Virus record (IMG/VR): IMGVR_UViG_3300050154_000155
Direction: 5' to 3' (one strand)
DNA length: 42,771 bases
Source of the DNA: a virus
Shown here: positions 17,249 to 26,566 of the stretch, one piece after another
Layout: every line of letters starts with the position of its first letter
How positions within the stretch are numbered: position 1 is the stretch's first letter
Translations under genes and position numbers: made by a program
The notes under the pieces: model-generated
What the model was told of the DNA's origin: nothing
Seen by the model: the letters and a program-made list of their open reading frames with translations, nothing else
Databases searched by the model: none

Positions 17249-19264
17249 TCAATTCGCCAGTTGTGCGGCGGCTATGTGGGCCGAGCCACCGGTATTGTTG
17301 AGCACTTGGATCACGGCCTCAGTGTTGCCGCCCCATTTGGATTTACCCTCATTTTGTGCCATAGCCGCGACTAATGCCGCCACGGTGCGCATATCGTTCA
17401 TATTTAGCGTACTGGTGGACGTAATGTCTTTATTAACATTGGTCTGCATAAACGCTACGACATTTTTGATATATGCGTCGGTGTCGTTATGATCAGCTTT
17501 TGGTGCATACGTGCTGATCATGTCTTTAATATCCGTAAGGCGCGGCGCAGCATTTTCAACGAGTTGATGCGTTTTAGGACTGTAACGCTCACCAGTGAAA
17601 TACCGGTGCAATTGTTGAGCTGTGGCTAATATTGCCATTTCATCACGATCAAACACCGCAAAGCCCCCAGCGCTATGAACGCCTGGTGCCGAACGTAACC
17701 CTGTTGGGTTATGATGCAAATCAGGTGCCCCTACGGTTGTACCGAGCTTGTTAATTGCAGCGTCCCATGTCGATGCAATACGATTCCACATTGACGGGTC
17801 GCCACCGGTTGTATCACCTACAGTATCTTCACGCGGTGAGCCATTCCATGATTTTTCGTCACCGGACTGTATGCCGAATAGCTCCTTGATCACACCCCAT
17901 GATTCCTTAATAACCGTCGCAAAGTTTCGTACTTCGGTTTCAGCGCTCATTAAATCCTTTTTAAAACTATCACTTTGGATATAAACGGCTAAACGCCCGA
18001 TGCCATCTGCAATGTCTTGCAAGCCTTGCTTAACGAGTGGGCTTGTCATAAACACATCAATCAGATGCACTGTAGCATTAGATAATTGCGTTAATTGGGG
18101 TTCTAGGGGTAGCAAATCCTTTTCAAATACATTACGTATTAATTTGCCGTTGTCCTCCATATTAATCGCAAAATCCTGCCACTTCCGATTAACTGTGTCG
18201 TTAACCTCCATTTTCTTAGCTTCGGATTGCGCCGATTTACCCATAGCGTCAATCTCAGCATCCGACATATTTTTAAAGCGTGTCAGATCCTCAATTGTGA
18301 AAAATTGCGTAAGCCCGAACGCCTCAGCCCCCTGTGTCGTACCACCGGTTTTCGTGAAAATATTTTTCGCTGATTTAATTAAATCGGTGAGCGTCGCCAA
18401 TGGGTTTTGTACATTCGGGTTAACGTTCATTGCCTGAAACGCCCAACGCTTGCTTAAATCAGCTTGTGCGTCTCGAATGCTGCCTAATGTACTTGCTGGA
18501 TCACTTAGCGCCCGGCTAAATTCGATATTCGCAGCGTTATATTGTCCAGTCGAAACATTAAGCCCCATAGCTCGCCGACGATCGTTGCCGATATCCTGCG
18601 CCATGCGATTAATGCCGAATAGCGAACCCGCGCCAGCTACCCCCGTAAATAGCCCCACAATGCCAGACCATCGGATCAGATTAAGCGTGGTGTCTTTTAT
18701 GCGCCCGGCCATATCCTTAGCGTCCTGCGCCATCCGATGCATTGTTGAGGCTGAATTGCTATTGCTCTTATTGAATTTATCCCCATTCTTTGACATATCC
18801 GCAATGTTATTCGCCATCGTCTGCGTGTGGTCTTTCATGGTTTCCACATGCTGCAGCGTCATTGCAAATTTATCATTGGTGTTAGTCGTCGAGGCATCAA
18901 TCGCTTTGCAATTATCTTTTGCATGCTGATATGCCTGATCGAGTTTTTCGGTGGCAGGCTCTTTTGCAGGCGTGAACTGGCTAAACTTCACATTCTGGGA
19001 TGTGATCATTTGTCGATTGGGCTGTTCAAATGAAATCGTCGGTGGCGTAAATTTATTTGCAGAATTACGTGCAATTTCGGACATTTTTGCATAAGCGGAG
19101 GATGCAGCGGCTATCTGTGCACCCATATCGAATGTGCCGGACGTTGCAGCTTTTAACTCGTCCGGCATTTTTTGCATACCTTCGCGCACCTTCCCGATTT
19201 TTGCAATTGCTTCATCGAGAGGTGCGCTATCAATATCAAACCCTAAAATACTTTTATCTGCCAT
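17249..19264 (-). CDS. Tail tape measure protein
   Basis: 671 aa and largely helical. It lies immediately downstream of the frameshifted chaperone pair. Confidence 0.7.
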   Translation of the reverse strand: MADKSILGFDIDSAPLDEAIAKIGKVREGMQKMPDELKAATSGTFDMGAQIAAASSAYAKMSEIARNSANKFTPPTISFEQPNRQMITSQNVKFSQFTPAKEPATEKLDQAYQHAKDNCKAIDASTTNTNDKFAMTLQHVETMKDHTQTMANNIADMSKNGDKFNKSNSNSASTMHRMAQDAKDMAGRIKDTTLNLIRWSGIVGLFTGVAGAGSLFGINRMAQDIGNDRRRAMGLNVSTGQYNAANIEFSRALSDPASTLGSIRDAQADLSKRWAFQAMNVNPNVQNPLATLTDLIKSAKNIFTKTGGTTQGAEAFGLTQFFTIEDLTRFKNMSDAEIDAMGKSAQSEAKKMEVNDTVNRKWQDFAINMEDNGKLIRNVFEKDLLPLEPQLTQLSNATVHLIDVFMTSPLVKQGLQDIADGIGRLAVYIQSDSFKKDLMSAETEVRNFATVIKESWGVIKELFGIQSGDEKSWNGSPREDTVGDTTGGDPSMWNRIASTWDAAINKLGTTVGAPDLHHNPTGLRSAPGVHSAGGFAVFDRDEMAILATAQQLHRYFTGERYSPKTHQLVENAAPRLTDIKDMISTYAPKADHNDTDAYIKNVVAFMQTNVNKDITSTSTLNMNDMRTVAALVAAMAQNEGKSKWGGNTEAVIQVLNNTGGSAHIAAAQLAN

Positions 19265-19266
19265 AA

Positions 19267-20009
19267 TTACGCTTTTCCGCCAAAAATGTTACGTATTGCG
19301 TTAATTATATGCCGTTGCCTAAACTCCTGCACATCCATTAAGTTAAGCCCCCGCGAATTTAGCAATTTCACGGGGTCGAAATCCGCTAAGACGGAATTGA
19401 TAATTGATCGGTGGCCGGTAGCGTTTGGCTCGTCCCAGTATCTGCGGGCTTGATCGATGTCCGCAAAGTAGCGGCGTATTCCATAGGTTTCAATGAGGTA
19501 AGCGCCTGCTCGTTGGCTGTCAAATTGAAATTCATCATAATGCGAAACATCTTTGCCGGTGCTGCCGCTGAGACTACAGAAAAAAAACAAATTTCACCGA
19601 CAATTTCCGATAGCTCGTGGTCAGTGATCACACCTTTTTTCCGGGCAACGGGAACCGGATCAGATGTCCATACGTTCTTTTCTGTGTCGAAATAAACAAC
19701 GTTAGTCAAACGATTAATTTCATCAAGCAAGCCGGTTTTGATATCGAGCGTTAATGCCGCTTGTTTCGGGTCGTTTTCGTCTGGATAAATTTCTTTCGCA
19801 TAATCTTCTAACAAATAATGCGCATACCGTCCACCAGCCAGGCTACCTTGTGAATTAAGTAGCTGGCCGTATACCGCGCCGAGTATTTTGTAATATTTGC
19901 GGAATACGGCTTCGCTGATCGGGGTGCAATGGCAATAAACTTGCGTACCGTCTGCGCGGTCGATTGTAACGATTAAATTTAATCCTTTATCAATTGATAA
20001 ATTAGCCAT
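19267..20009 (-). CDS. Tail assembly chaperone, -1 frameshift fusion product (about 247 aa)
   Basis: The -1 frame ORF (19267..19590) has no ATG. It opens exactly at the T8 run (19587-19580) and ends 3 nt before the tape measure start. Confidence 0.5.
19386..20009 (-). CDS. Tail assembly chaperone, frame-0 product (207 aa)
   Basis: It lies between the tube and tape measure genes and contains the slippery T TTT TTT at codons 141-143. Confidence 0.55.
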   Translation of the reverse strand: MANLSIDKGLNLIVTIDRADGTQVYCHCTPISEAVFRKYYKILGAVYGQLLNSQGSLAGGRYAHYLLEDYAKEIYPDENDPKQAALTLDIKTGLLDEINRLTNVVYFDTEKNVWTSDPVPVARKKGVITDHELSEIVGEICFFSVVSAAAPAKMFRIMMNFNLTANEQALTSLKPMEYAATLRTSIKPADTGTSQTLPATDQLSIPS

Positions 20010-20024
20010 TCTTAACGCCTTTTA

Positions 20025-20465
20025 TTAACTGAATAACGCATTGTTAACGTAATAATGCCCTGAGCATAGGAAAACAATATCGTTTTCTTTGCCGTTGTTA
20101 TTAACAGGGTTCCACGTTTTGATTGCGACATTCTGGATGTCGTAATCGCCTAACGTAGTGCTGTCACTAGTCATTGTGCATTCCCCTAGTAAACACGTAT
20201 CAACGAGCTGGTCTTGCCATGCTTTAGCCACGCTGTGCGTTTTCACAATGTGGATCTCTATCTCAACTTCTTGATACGGTTCAAGTGATTGCACCACGCC
20301 GCCACCGGCTCTTAACGGGTTAGAGGCTGGTGATACTGCACGAATTGTCATTGCTGCATCGCCTAGGTTCGACGATAGCAAATTTAGCGCCGGGTAATTG
20401 ACGCATTTAAATGTACCATTTACCCGGCTAATATTGCCCATTGCTAATTGTGGATTACCTGACAT
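20025..20465 (-). CDS. Tail tube protein
   Basis: 146 aa, directly after the sheath gene. Confidence 0.55.
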   Translation of the reverse strand: MSGNPQLAMGNISRVNGTFKCVNYPALNLLSSNLGDAAMTIRAVSPASNPLRAGGGVVQSLEPYQEVEIEIHIVKTHSVAKAWQDQLVDTCLLGECTMTSDSTTLGDYDIQNVAIKTWNPVNNNGKENDIVFLCSGHYYVNNALFS

Positions 20466-20479
20466 TTATGTGACTCCTA

Positions 20480-21871
20480 TTAGCCTGCATATAGTGAAGC
20501 AACTAAATTGATAGTGATCGATTCAAAGCCGAGTTGTGGGGTAAATACGACGGTTAGCCCTTTATACTGCATTAACATATAATCGGATTGATTGAGCGAT
20601 GTATATGATGCGAATGGGACGGCATTCACCGCGCAACTGCCCGCATAATCACCGTCATTAACATTAGCTGCAAATACAGCTTGTGTTAATTTGGTTTTCT
20701 GTACGCTACCCAATATCAGGCCATAACTGATCCCCGCATTGGCTAATTTAACCAGGCTATTTTGCAGTCGATCAATACCGTCCTGACTGTAGTAAAGCGG
20801 GTTAGTATTGTCATTGCTGCCTTGGATCGTGAGATTGCTGATATTCAATGCGCTATTAACAATCATCCATGCGATCGCATACCAGTAATTATAGGATTTG
20901 CCATCCATGGTTTTACCCCACACAAGCATGTTGTAGGTGAGGCCACCGCCAGGAGGGGCAATATAATTAACGCCTGCTGCTTTAAGCGACGTAAGTAACG
21001 CACCATTACCCAAAATAGGGTACGCAGTAGAACTAAGCGCATAAGTGAAGCATAGGGGCGGGACTTTTTGACTGCTACTAGGATTCCAAGTAAGCACCGT
21101 GTAAAACCCGATCGCAGCATCGAATTCAGTCGCCGGTATTTCGGAATATTCCACATATCCGAATACCGATTTTTGCGCCAAAGTCTGCCATGCGGTGTAG
21201 GTTGCCGTGGTGGTCGTTACATGGAACCAAGTCATTGCATTATTGCTAACGTATTGAGAGGCAAGCGTTTTAAAGGTTGCCTCCCCGTCCCAGGTGCGGG
21301 GGACGAGATAATGTGCAAAAATTTGGCTAGGGTTACCGGCAATAAAATTAATTAACGCCGTTACGCCGTCACTCGTTGAGCCTTCACCCAATTCCAGCAC
21401 GTAGCATAGTGTGTTGGTGCCCTGGTTCCAGAATGTGGTATTTTGCGCGGTAATTTCCGCAACATCTTCCAGCGTCATAGTACCAAGCGTTGTTGCTGCA
21501 CCAGGATTAGCTGCAAGCGGGAACGTGAAGTGGGTTGAGTCTACAACCGTGGCATTATAAGTGCCGTTGTATGCAGTAGGCGCTGCCCCAGCAATCGTTA
21601 CTCGAACAATATCGTCGGTTGACCAGCTTCCCGTTTGTGCTGTGGCTAATGTTACTGTGACAACGCTAGCTAACCATGTCATCGCAGTAATAGCCACGCT
21701 GCCGGTGAGGATTGCTGCTAAGTCGCTTGAACTGGTTAACGCTTGATACGAACCAGGTGTTAATGTTGTCGCGCCCTGTGAAATAATCGCGCCCATACGC
21801 AATAACAGCGACGGAATAGGCGGCGACTGGGTTGTAACATTGACAATTACAATGTCATTAGGATTACTCAT
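20480..21871 (-). CDS. Tail sheath protein (DUF3383-like, from memory)
   Basis: 463 aa, followed by tube, chaperone and tape measure genes. It carries the shared beta module DDIVRVTIAGAAPTAYNGTYNATVVDSTHFTF. Confidence 0.6.
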   Translation of the reverse strand: MSNPNDIVIVNVTTQSPPIPSLLLRMGAIISQGATTLTPGSYQALTSSSDLAAILTGSVAITAMTWLASVVTVTLATAQTGSWSTDDIVRVTIAGAAPTAYNGTYNATVVDSTHFTFPLAANPGAATTLGTMTLEDVAEITAQNTTFWNQGTNTLCYVLELGEGSTSDGVTALINFIAGNPSQIFAHYLVPRTWDGEATFKTLASQYVSNNAMTWFHVTTTTATYTAWQTLAQKSVFGYVEYSEIPATEFDAAIGFYTVLTWNPSSSQKVPPLCFTYALSSTAYPILGNGALLTSLKAAGVNYIAPPGGGLTYNMLVWGKTMDGKSYNYWYAIAWMIVNSALNISNLTIQGSNDNTNPLYYSQDGIDRLQNSLVKLANAGISYGLILGSVQKTKLTQAVFAANVNDGDYAGSCAVNAVPFASYTSLNQSDYMLMQYKGLTVVFTPQLGFESITINLVASLYAG

Positions 21872-21882
21872 AATTGCCGCCT

Positions 21883-22242
21883 TTAATCAAAGTTTACAGA
21901 GACAACCTGACCGGTGCCGATAACAAGCGCTAAACCCGACGTAAAAGGCATATCAATTTCATAAATGCCGACTGTGTTCGGGATCACAGCCAATTGCGCA
22001 GTAGCCGCATTACCAGTAATTGACGTTGAGTCGTATAATCCCCCAACGGTTGTGCCTGCGGTGATAACTGCAACACGCGCGGCACGGCCAGCACCAGTTT
22101 TTAATGTTGCACTGGCAGATTGGCCTAGCGCATTGGTTGTGCCCGCACGGGTAGTTTTGAGGTTATTTACACTATCCAGTAAAACCGGCTTGGATACCCC
22201 GCTTTTTACTGCGATATTTACGGCTGTTGGATTTTGAGGCAT
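21883..22242 (-). CDS. Hypothetical virion protein (119 aa)
   Basis: ORF in the late operon between the neck and sheath genes. Confidence 0.4.
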   Translation of the reverse strand: MPQNPTAVNIAVKSGVSKPVLLDSVNNLKTTRAGTTNALGQSASATLKTGAGRAARVAVITAGTTVGGLYDSTSITGNAATAQLAVIPNTVGIYEIDMPFTSGLALVIGTGQVVSVNFD

Positions 22243-22244
22243 TG

Positions 22245-23246
22245 TTAAAACTCCTGTGGTATATACGTCGGAATTGCGCTCTTAATTAATTTCCACGCCT
22301 GATCCCGAATACGTGACTGATAATAGTTTACGTCAAACGTTACACGCTTGCATATTGCGATCGCGTTTATTTCACGTTGCGGGATTTGTTTATCAATCGG
22401 GATCGGTGAGTTAGTCACGCCCATCGGTATCATGCCGTTGCGTACGTTCCACATTACATGGCTCACCCAATCGAGGATTTGATTATTTTTAACGCCGTAT
22501 GTTGTGATCGATACGGTTTCACGCACCAATTGCCATTGGGAACCTGTTGAGCCGTCAAAAGTCGGTGAGCCTGCAACGGCTACCGGATCGCTGCATTTAA
22601 TCGTACCAAATGGCGGTAATGAATTATTTTCACTCAGCATAGCCGGATATAACGGGAATGTTGTTTGCAATCCTAGCCAGATCGGGATACTGCTCGAAAC
22701 AACTAAATCAGCGGTATCAAGCTGCGTCGTGTCGTCAATAATTTGCGACATCATTTGTGGGTAAATTGCATCGCCCTGGTAATGATAAATGTTGGCCGAA
22801 ATGTTTAAATTGAGTCGGCTGTTAAACCCAAATTTCAAATTACCAAATTCGCCTAAATACATCACGTTACTGCCCAGTTCGTTGAATGGATCAACGTCAG
22901 ATTGACAGCTTAAAATGACCTTGTTCAAGTCGTATGTTTCAGTATCAGTCTGAATAGTGTCAGTGCTATAATGCAAATAAGCGCGTACCGTTATTTGCGC
23001 CGCTGGTGTGATCAATTTACCAGGCGCATTAAATGGTACGCTGTTATATGTCATGGCGTTTAACAGTGCTGATTGTGATATCTGATCTGCGCGTACCCAA
23101 AAAATATATCCGTCGAGTGGCATTACAAGGCGAATGTATTTAGTGAAGGTAATCTCCTGCCATTGGCTTACATTATCAAGCCCAGCTCGCAAGGCATCGC
23201 TCATTGCACTTGAGGGATTGCCGAGTAGTTCATTAATTGTTGGCAT
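22245..23246 (-). CDS. Hypothetical neck/tail-completion protein (333 aa)
   Basis: Assigned from its position in the late operon only. Confidence 0.4.
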   Translation of the reverse strand: MPTINELLGNPSSAMSDALRAGLDNVSQWQEITFTKYIRLVMPLDGYIFWVRADQISQSALLNAMTYNSVPFNAPGKLITPAAQITVRAYLHYSTDTIQTDTETYDLNKVILSCQSDVDPFNELGSNVMYLGEFGNLKFGFNSRLNLNISANIYHYQGDAIYPQMMSQIIDDTTQLDTADLVVSSSIPIWLGLQTTFPLYPAMLSENNSLPPFGTIKCSDPVAVAGSPTFDGSTGSQWQLVRETVSITTYGVKNNQILDWVSHVMWNVRNGMIPMGVTNSPIPIDKQIPQREINAIAICKRVTFDVNYYQSRIRDQAWKLIKSAIPTYIPQEF

Positions 23247-23661
23247 CTATCCACGCCTTAAATGCAGCCTGAAATTGGGTAGTGTCTACAAAACTAGGGC
23301 GGCGCTGGCCGGTACGTTTTTTAAGACGTCGGTTATATCCATCTAATGCCGCCTGTGTTGGGACGCCTGGCATGTCATTCATTTGCTCGCCATCAAGAAA
23401 ATTAATTTGAAATAATTTTCCTATTTCTTCGCAAGTGTCGGGGAATTTAAAAGCACCATCGGGGAGAGGTGCGCCGTCTAAAAAATCTTTAAGTGCGTCA
23501 AGGGCTTCGTTATGCAACATTTTTAAGATTTGGGGTTTATACATATCAAAAAACGTTTGCATAATGTGATATTTATCTTCCAATATTTCAGCAACATCCC
23601 CGGTAGTTATACCTGTGTTTTCTTTATACGGAACATCGATCACGCCTAAATGTAATTTCAT
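23233..23661 (-). CDS. Head-tail joining protein (142 aa)
   Basis: The internal ATG forms an ATGA overlap with the upstream stop. Assigned from position. Confidence 0.4.
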   Translation of the reverse strand: MKLHLGVIDVPYKENTGITTGDVAEILEDKYHIMQTFFDMYKPQILKMLHNEALDALKDFLDGAPLPDGAFKFPDTCEEIGKLFQINFLDGEQMNDMPGVPTQAALDGYNRRLKKRTGQRRPSFVDTTQFQAAFKAWIDANN

Positions 23662-24083
23662 GATCTGCCCCATATAGAGCCGATTTGCTGCGCATAATCC
23701 AGGTATGTTCTGCCCCATATCGTTTTGAGGCATTGCAGGTCCATGGTTGATAGGTTTTTCAGCCCTTCGGATATTTCAAAGTCATTTTCAGTCGTGTTAT
23801 CGCTACTAGACTTTAAAACACCTGCTGTGAATTGATTCAATTTTAACGAATCGCGCAAATTGCTAAAATACGTACCGGGACTGGTCATTACCAGAAAATG
23901 CGCCGCCAGGTTGATTACCGCATCGCAATAGCCGAACGGATCGGCATGCTCCAACATATGCGACACGGTATTCAGTGAACGATTAAATGCATACTGAATA
24001 GCGATACTATCGTCGGGCAAATCTGCCACCTCGATACCCATATTACCGCGTATGAATTGCAGAAAATCGCTCACTGATACCAT
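23658..24083 (-). CDS. Head-tail connector/adaptor protein (DUF4054-like slot)
   Basis: 141 aa, shortly downstream of the capsid gene. Confidence 0.4.
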   Translation of the reverse strand: MVSVSDFLQFIRGNMGIEVADLPDDSIAIQYAFNRSLNTVSHMLEHADPFGYCDAVINLAAHFLVMTSPGTYFSNLRDSLKLNQFTAGVLKSSSDNTTENDFEISEGLKNLSTMDLQCLKTIWGRTYLDYAQQIGSIWGRS

Positions 24084-24094
24084 GATGTTACCCT

Positions 24095-24592
24095 CTATCG
24101 TTTACCGCTAGGACGGCCACGCCCACGACGGTTAGGTGTGTCCACTTGCATTGTTTCGCGCACAGCACTTTCATCGACTTTATGCCCGTCGGTAACTTGC
24201 TGAGTCTCTACTTGTACGCCGCCCCGATATTCGGGCTGTTCGGACAACTTGCCATCAATAGCAGCGGCCATGATTTTACGGCGCTCATCATTAGCCGCAT
24301 CAATCGCTTCCATATTGTGTTCGATACCGTGCATAATTAGGTCTAATTGGATAGGACGTTCTGCATAACACCAGCCCGTAAATGCCACTGAGCGTTTGAT
24401 ATCCTTTGCAGCTACCAGCCCATACGGTGAGTATTGCTTAACAATATGTTCGAATTCATCAAGCGACAAATTTTTACCCACACATGCCTGTTGGCCTGCT
24501 CGGATTTTCAGGGTAACGATTTTATCGGTTTCCAAACGTTTATATGCAAAATCGTGATGTTGTTTTGTTGCGTTGGCGATATAGAGATCCAT
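24095..24592 (-). CDS. Head-associated protein with a basic AT-hook-like C-terminus (NRRGRGRPSGKR)
   Basis: The start was taken at MDLYIANAT, preceded by GAGG. The longer ORF would run through the terminator and the capsid gene end. Confidence 0.45.
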   Translation of the reverse strand: MDLYIANATKQHHDFAYKRLETDKIVTLKIRAGQQACVGKNLSLDEFEHIVKQYSPYGLVAAKDIKRSVAFTGWCYAERPIQLDLIMHGIEHNMEAIDAANDERRKIMAAAIDGKLSEQPEYRGGVQVETQQVTDGHKVDESAVRETMQVDTPNRRGRGRPSGKR

Positions 24593-24610
24593 GTTATTAA
24601 CCTCACAAAT

Positions 24611-24640
24611 GAAAAAAGGCGTGACAATTGCCACGCCTTT
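24611..24640 (-). terminator. Rho-independent terminator just after the major capsid gene
   Basis: The minus strand reads AGGCGTG-gcaattgt-CACGCCT followed by TTTTTTC. Confidence 0.65.
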
Positions 24641-24656
24641 AATTTTAGCACCTAAA

Positions 24657-25685
24657 TTACGAATATTGCACACTAAGAATGGTAACAGCCTCTGGACGGA
24701 TTGCCCAGCCAGGGGTAGTACGCATTTCAGATACGATATCAATTGCCCCACCAGGAAGCGGAGTAGGGATTTCACGCGGTGCGGCCATGTCCGACAACAT
24801 TAACGCGGTAGCTTCTAAACCAGGTTTCAGTGTGGCAAATTCGTTGGTGTTAATTGGCGAACCTTTCGGTACTTTAATTTCAGGGATCACGATAACAATT
24901 GCATCGGTGCCCCCTGAGCCTTGCCCAATCAGAGTATCGTCATACGCGAAAATTACCTCACCTTCACCAGACTGTTTGACCTGTTCTTTAATAACCTGCC
25001 CTACAGTTGAAGTGCCCGCGCCTGCCCGCTGATATTGGGTCAATTGTACAATGGCCTGCAATTCCAGTTGCAGCAATGCGCGTTGTGGTCCCAAAATCAC
25101 AACCAAATTTTCCTGACCGGATTGCATCATACGCACTTTTGACGCTACGATTTGACTTAAAAACCACTGTTCGAGCTGGCCGTTATCATAAGTCACAAGC
25201 GTAGTGTTGCCGTTGCTGTCGGCGGGTAGCGTTGCCGTAGTCGCGCCATTTGTATTCAGCAAACCTTCGCCATTACTGCCGGTGATACCATACAGCAACG
25301 CATTGCGCATCTGCTGAAAAATAGCCTGGCGTGAACCCAATCGATACGCTTCAGGCAATGCAACGTTATAATTAGCCGCCGCTGCGGTATCGTGCTGGTC
25401 ATACTCAGAACGGCAACGATGCAAATACGTCGGGGTAGAACGATAGCCCGCATCCAGTGTTACCGACGGCAATTGATTGCCGTTAGCCGCCTGACTATTG
25501 GAAACATTGGTACGGATATCTAACGTTTTAATGTACACATATAAATCACCAGCACCCAAACGTGGCATTGCGTCACCCGTGGCTAACACTTCAAACGCGC
25601 CGGATGCCTGCTGGTAATTCATGATTAGTTCGGGCATCATAAACGATGGCTGAACTACCGGAAAACTGGGGAAAATTGCTGCCAT
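24657..25685 (-). CDS. Major capsid protein
   Basis: 342 aa. It follows the scaffold and decoration-like genes and is followed by a terminator. It resembles the DUF2184-type capsid proteins that accompany DUF2213-type scaffolds (from memory). Confidence 0.65.
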   Translation of the reverse strand: MAAIFPSFPVVQPSFMMPELIMNYQQASGAFEVLATGDAMPRLGAGDLYVYIKTLDIRTNVSNSQAANGNQLPSVTLDAGYRSTPTYLHRCRSEYDQHDTAAAANYNVALPEAYRLGSRQAIFQQMRNALLYGITGSNGEGLLNTNGATTATLPADSNGNTTLVTYDNGQLEQWFLSQIVASKVRMMQSGQENLVVILGPQRALLQLELQAIVQLTQYQRAGAGTSTVGQVIKEQVKQSGEGEVIFAYDDTLIGQGSGGTDAIVIVIPEIKVPKGSPINTNEFATLKPGLEATALMLSDMAAPREIPTPLPGGAIDIVSEMRTTPGWAIRPEAVTILSVQYS

Positions 25686-25697
25686 TGTCGATGCTCC

Positions 25698-26564
25698 TTA
25701 AATGACCAAAGTACACGCGTTACCGTTAACTACCCAGTTTGCGTAACCTGTTGATGCGTTATAATTCACAATTTTACTGTTACCCTGCTGCGCCCCGATG
25801 ATACTGACCGGCAATGCCAGCGCTGCTGCAACGGTGGCTGAAGGTGCGGCAATCGTACCCGCTGCGCCTAAGCCTGGTGAGACAGGGGTTGTGATTGGGT
25901 TATAGGTGAACGCGGTAGTTGATGTTACTGACAGCACTTGCACTGTGCCGTTGTAGTTAGTGTCGATCGTAATACCCGCAATTGTTACATAATCGCCCAC
26001 TGACAGTCCATGCGCTGAAGCGGTGGTGATGGTTGCAATATTAGTCGAGGAGACATAACTCGCTGAGGAAATCGACACTGACTGCGCACCGCTATGGTAC
26101 GTGTCAATGCATTGGCCGGTCTGTTGCCACACCAAATTACCAGGGGCGACACCGTTCGCTAATTGCGCGATAACAGCGTTGGTACATGCAAAATTGATAC
26201 GCGCCTTACTACCGATACGATAGTAGCCAATACTCATGCCTGCCATGTATGCGGGAACATTCGATTGCGGCGTTACCATGCCGTTAGAACCCTGATCAAA
26301 TACGCTAAAACCAGTGATCTGATTGTATTGCAACGCACGTTTAATATCGTTGCCAATACCGATAAGGTCTAATTTCGGAATTTCCTGAATTGCGATACCG
26401 CCAAACATTGGCAGCGTTTCAGTAAGTGCTACACGGCCTGCCACCAGCGAATTACGGATCGCTGGATCGTCCATGGTAACACCCTGATACAGACCATCGG
26501 ATTTGACGCCGAAAAAGCCAGCGGCATTGCTAACAGTCATGGGATTAATGTTAATACCGGCCAT
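25698..26564 (-). CDS. Capsid decoration/auxiliary head protein with an inserted beta module
   Basis: 288 aa, between the scaffold and capsid genes. It contains IATITTASAHGLSVGDYVTIAGITIDTNYNGTVQVLSVTSTTAFTY. Confidence 0.45.
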   Translation of the reverse strand: MAGININPMTVSNAAGFFGVKSDGLYQGVTMDDPAIRNSLVAGRVALTETLPMFGGIAIQEIPKLDLIGIGNDIKRALQYNQITGFSVFDQGSNGMVTPQSNVPAYMAGMSIGYYRIGSKARINFACTNAVIAQLANGVAPGNLVWQQTGQCIDTYHSGAQSVSISSASYVSSTNIATITTASAHGLSVGDYVTIAGITIDTNYNGTVQVLSVTSTTAFTYNPITTPVSPGLGAAGTIAAPSATVAAALALPVSIIGAQQGNSKIVNYNASTGYANWVVNGNACTLVI

Positions 26565-26566
26565 AA

